A stretch of DNA of 64,000 nucleotides from Eledone cirrhosa. Lineage: Eukaryota. Both the position numbers and the translations under genes were made by a program. The stretch lies in assembly GCA_964016885.1 (NCBI GenBank), contig OZ024746.1, forward strand, positions 83,018,001-83,082,000, read 5' to 3'. The notes beneath the pieces are model-generated. The model was not told the DNA's origin. It ran no database searches and was given only the letters and a program-made list of their open reading frames with translations. This document shows positions 58,942 through 64,000 of the stretch, one piece after another. Position 1 is the first letter of the stretch. Every line of letters begins with the position of its first letter.

Positions 58942-60134
58942 TGTGGTGGAGGAAGACAGACTGATAGAACAGAATTAACACTGGTATTTCACCAGTATTC
59001 AATTGAATCTGGAAGTATGAAAGACAAAATGCGTTTAAGCGGCAGGATTTAAACTCGACGCAGAGAGAGCTAGAACAAATACCGCAAGGCATACTATCTA
59101 ACGCTCTAATGACTTTGCCCGTTTGCCACCTGAAATAGACTGTCAAAACCAGTAGAGCTCTGAACAACTAAATAAATTGCAGTATGTAGTTACATCGCTT
59201 TAATATCTTAATTAAAACGACACCATGGTCGATAGAATAAGTAGCAACTTAGTACTGTTGTTATTGTCGTTACGGGTCACACTTTAGAAAGTTTTACCGA
59301 CCTCCTATCATGAATCAGCTCATTGGAAGCACGTCGGGTGAATTTACGATAAGAGCTCCAGTATTTGGGCTCCAATTCTATGATGCCACAATTTCTCCGG
59401 TGACAAGAGGAGGAATTTGAACCTAGAACGCTGTCCGGTACGCTAACAGCCCCCCCCCCCAATCTATTGCTTTCGACTAGTACTTTATTTATCGATCCAA
59501 AAGGATGGAAATCAAAGATTACCTCGGTGGGATTTGAAATCAGAGTGCAGAGAACCGGAACAAATATAGGAAAGCATTACATTTGAGGCTTTAACGACTC
59601 TGTCAATTTGCCGTCAAATACAGGGTTCCATATGACCAATTAACCCTCCCACCCCTCCCATTATATGTCTTTCCGATCAATTTTAATGTCTAAACATAGT
59701 TATTATAGGATACATGATTTTATATGTACAGTCGATTTCCTAAGCTGGGTATTATACAGTTAGGTGGAGCTATTGGCGTCCTACAATTCCCAACAAATTT
59801 GCCCCTTTGAACTCGTCGTGTGTTCTTATTCAATGGGGCTTTAGTCGCTCGCTCTGCATGCCGTTGCTGATGCATGTCCCAAACTTGTTATTACAGATTT
59901 GTAACATCATACCAGTCAGTAAATCTAACACACAAACAAACATACACATAGACAAGCGCACACACAAACATAAATAATAGACTCATATACACAACATACC
60001 ACTCACACATACACAGCCATAACTGTTTATATATATATATATATATACATACATACATACATACATACATACATACATACATACATACATACATACACGT
60101 AGATCTATATAAACATATACATATAAAATACACT

Positions 60135-60165
<31 letters not shown>

Positions 60166-60180
60166 CCACACCTACACACT

Positions 60181-60237
<57 letters not shown>

Positions 60238-60897
60238 TCAATAATGATAATCATGATGTATTCCCAATCGCCAAACAATGTCGCCAGTTCTCTATTTCAA
60301 TTGTAGATTGCTTCATGTTTTTCTTCTCGTATAAAGCAGAAGAAATCTCTAGCCGTCACTTAAAGTATTTATGGTACATAAACTCGCCACAACTATTCTA
60401 TTGGTCATTAAAAACAGTGTCTTTGAGCGTTATATGATTAGGCGCCATGTTTCTTCAAACGAAAAATGATTTTCGACTGTTAGCAATGGCGGCCAAGTGC
60501 TTTAATTCCCCACTGGAGAGCAGATATAAGTAAAAAGTGACGATCAGAAGTTTTATTAAAATTGAATTTTGTACGAATGTACTTAAATGTATATCGGTCT
60601 GACAGTTTGTACGTTCGTATATACATACATACATACATACATATGTCTGTCTGTCTGTCTGTCTGTATGTATTTATGTATGTATGTATGTATGTATGTAT
60701 GTATGTATGTATGTATGTATGTATGTATGTATGTATGTATGTCTCTGTACGTATAAGCACACAAATATATAAGCTTACATGCATACATATATATATATAT
60801 ATATACACACATACATACATGCAGTCATGCATACATATATATAGAGATAGATAGATAGATAGATACATACATCTCTCTCTATCTCTCTCTCTCTCTA

Positions 60898-61054
<157 letters not shown>

Positions 61055-61298
61055 TATATATAATATCTACATACATATGTATGCAATGCACGCACACACA
61101 TATATATTCATATACATACATAATTGAAAGCTGTAGAAAGAGAGACAGAAAGATGGACACGGTGTGTGCGTGTTTTATTTATGTAAGTGTGCAAGTGTAT
61201 GTACGCTTACTTACTTGTGTGTACACACATACACGCTCACACACATTCATACACACGCACACACACATACATATATATCTCTCTCTCTCTCTCTCTAA

Positions 61299-61589
<291 letters not shown>

Positions 61590-62008
61590 TCATATATGTG
61601 TACACAGAAAACAATATGTGCCAGCTTGGTTGTGTTGGTAAGTGTGTATACGTAGGTACGTGTATATACAAGTATGTATTTGTACGCTTGTATGAATGTG
61701 TTGATTCTTTTTAATGTTAAATGTAGTCAGCAATAACAGTAAATTGGCTCGTTGATGTCGATAAAAGTTTTGCCTAATGTCTGTATATTAAAACTATTTG
61801 TTGTCAGAGAAGATTTAGCAATATTCTTTGAATATTTTCGCTCCCTCATCTCTCCTTTCCTAACATTTTCTATCTTTTGAATTCAGATTATTCTATCTAT
61901 ATATTTCTTTTCTCTTCTTAATCTTCCTTATTACTCTTTCTGTTTCATTATTATGTATTTGTTCTCTTCTCTCTCTCTCTCTCTCTCTCTCTCCCCCTCT
62001 CTCTCTTT

Positions 62009-62094
<86 letters not shown>

Positions 62095-64000
62095 ATGTAT
62101 GAATGTTTATATTTATATATATATATAAACATTCATACATACATATACATATATATATTTTACTCACCCTCTCTTTCTCTCTTTTTCAGGCTCTTTATTT
62201 TACTTCTCTATCTCCATTTTGTATTTGTTGTCACATTGAGATTTTGTTTAACCCACCCGTCTCCCCCAACCCGTCTCTCCTTCTACCCCCATCAATATTT
62301 TCCCCTCTCTTTCTGTCTTTCCTTATTTACTATTTCTATCATATCTTTCTTGCTTTTTTTCGTCTTTCTCCTGTCTCATACCCCAACCACACACATCATT
62401 CTGCCTCTCTATTCGTTTCATCTTTAGCTTTCTTCTTTCTTTTTACTTTATCCTATTTGCTTCACAAGTAAATCTTTTGGTACTTTATTGACGGAAAAGT
62501 AGTATTCTCCTTCTACAAATCGCTGTTCTGCATGGGCAAAGATAATTATAAACCTAACGGAACCTTCATTCATGTTCAATGATCCAAACACTCGAGTAAA
62601 CTGAAGGCATCAACATTGGAGAAAGTTGTCAATGATAAATAAACTGTAACCTCTCCATCTTTCACTGGGGGGACATTATTTTGTTATTTTTCGTTTTTTC
62701 TTTCTCTTTGTATTAGTCGCAGTTTGGGCCGAGAACAAAATAATTTTCATTGAGCAATCGTTTTTGGTCATTCACCACATCGGAATCTTTTGAAATTGTA
62801 TCAAAATCAAACAGGGTTTTAGATAAAGTTTATCCCTTATCTCACATCCATTGGTTTAACCAATAAAACCATTACAACCCCCTACCTCTATTTTTCTCAC
62901 AGAAAATTGCAATAGAAATGTACATATAAGTATATTAGTTGCTGTTATTTGAAACAAGAATCTTCTGTGATGCGTACAACTGCTTAAACGTTTGGTTAAG
63001 AAAAATTTAGGCAGAAAGCAATTTTCTAGAAGATTTTATCTTTTTATGTGGTGCTAAAACGCTTCTGAGTATCCATTATTAAGAACTTCTACATAGAAAA
63101 ACATTGAACGGGCATTCATTGGACATTGTATTCATTTAACAAGGTTCTCGCTTGGCTAGAGAGCAGTTTTATGACTCGGAAACATCAAAGAGATTATCAA
63201 CGCTAGATAGAAATTTCATTCATAGCTTTGGCAACTAATTTCAAATATTCGTAGAAATAAGTCAGATTTTTATATAAAATTTCTATTGGTTGTTGTAACT
63301 GGTGTTATTAGTTCAATGTTGTGGAAACATATTTGAGAATAGATACAATATTTGTTAAATATCCCACTAATGTTTTTACTCCGGCAATAGTAATTACAAG
63401 TTTGTTTTCGAATAAGCTTTACAAACTGACTTTTTCATAAGTGGAAAGTGGTGGGACTGGCTACAGGACAACACACTATATTTATTCCACTTCATTATTT
63501 CCTTGTGTTATTATATATATATATATATATTCCATTTTAATACTTACTACCCAGTGGGCATTGCGCCAATTTGTTTTTTCTTCACTTTAGTTACTTCAAT
63601 ACTTTTATCTGTTGTATTGTCCATTCCAATCAAATTGGGGCCTTAATTATTTGTTTTATTGAAGTTTTTTCAATTGCATGTAACTAACTAACAACGAAAA
63701 CTATACCCGTTAAATACTCTTTTTCAGATATCTTAATATGACATTAGAGTAATTCATATGAAACCGAAATATATAATGAATATTATGCGTAAATGATGAC
63801 AATAATATTTAATTAGTAAATTTAAGAGGTATTTTACCACAAAAGTAGTTGTTAAATCAATATTTTCATCAATAGACGGCTGGAACTTAAAACATAACTG
63901 TTCTAAGTTCAAATCTTGTTGAGATAGGCTTTAGTTTTCTTCCTTTTGGGGTTGATAAAATAAGTCACAGGAGTATCCCCCTTTTTTTACATGAGTGTTG

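Overview
AT-rich eukaryotic DNA saturated with microsatellites. The repeat content suggests an octopus or other coleoid cephalopod (inference). The only host gene is the 3' part of an Mnx/HB9 homeobox gene on the + strand: coding exons 5504-5664 and 10607-11026, with exon 1 not found in the window, followed by ~53 kb without recognisable genes. Nearly all other ORFs in the track are microsatellite translations. The most interesting signal is a dense set of unrelated short inserts in (TA)n or related tracts, many of them fold-back palindromes. They carry minimal type I hammerhead ribozyme (HHR) motifs, usually followed by AATAAA, which is the hallmark of Penelope-like element (PLE) pseudo-LTRs. 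About 15 complete motifs fold by eye, including core variants U3-A8, C4 and A4 and frequent mismatches at pair 10.1/11.1. Several inversion breakpoints fall inside the ribozyme. The window also holds many tRNA-derived SINEs (some nested or internally amplified), RTE LINE fragments, a non-autonomous RTE-like element with a tandemly reiterated 3' UTR, MITEs and minisatellites. All folds and alignments were done by eye and no activity is demonstrated.
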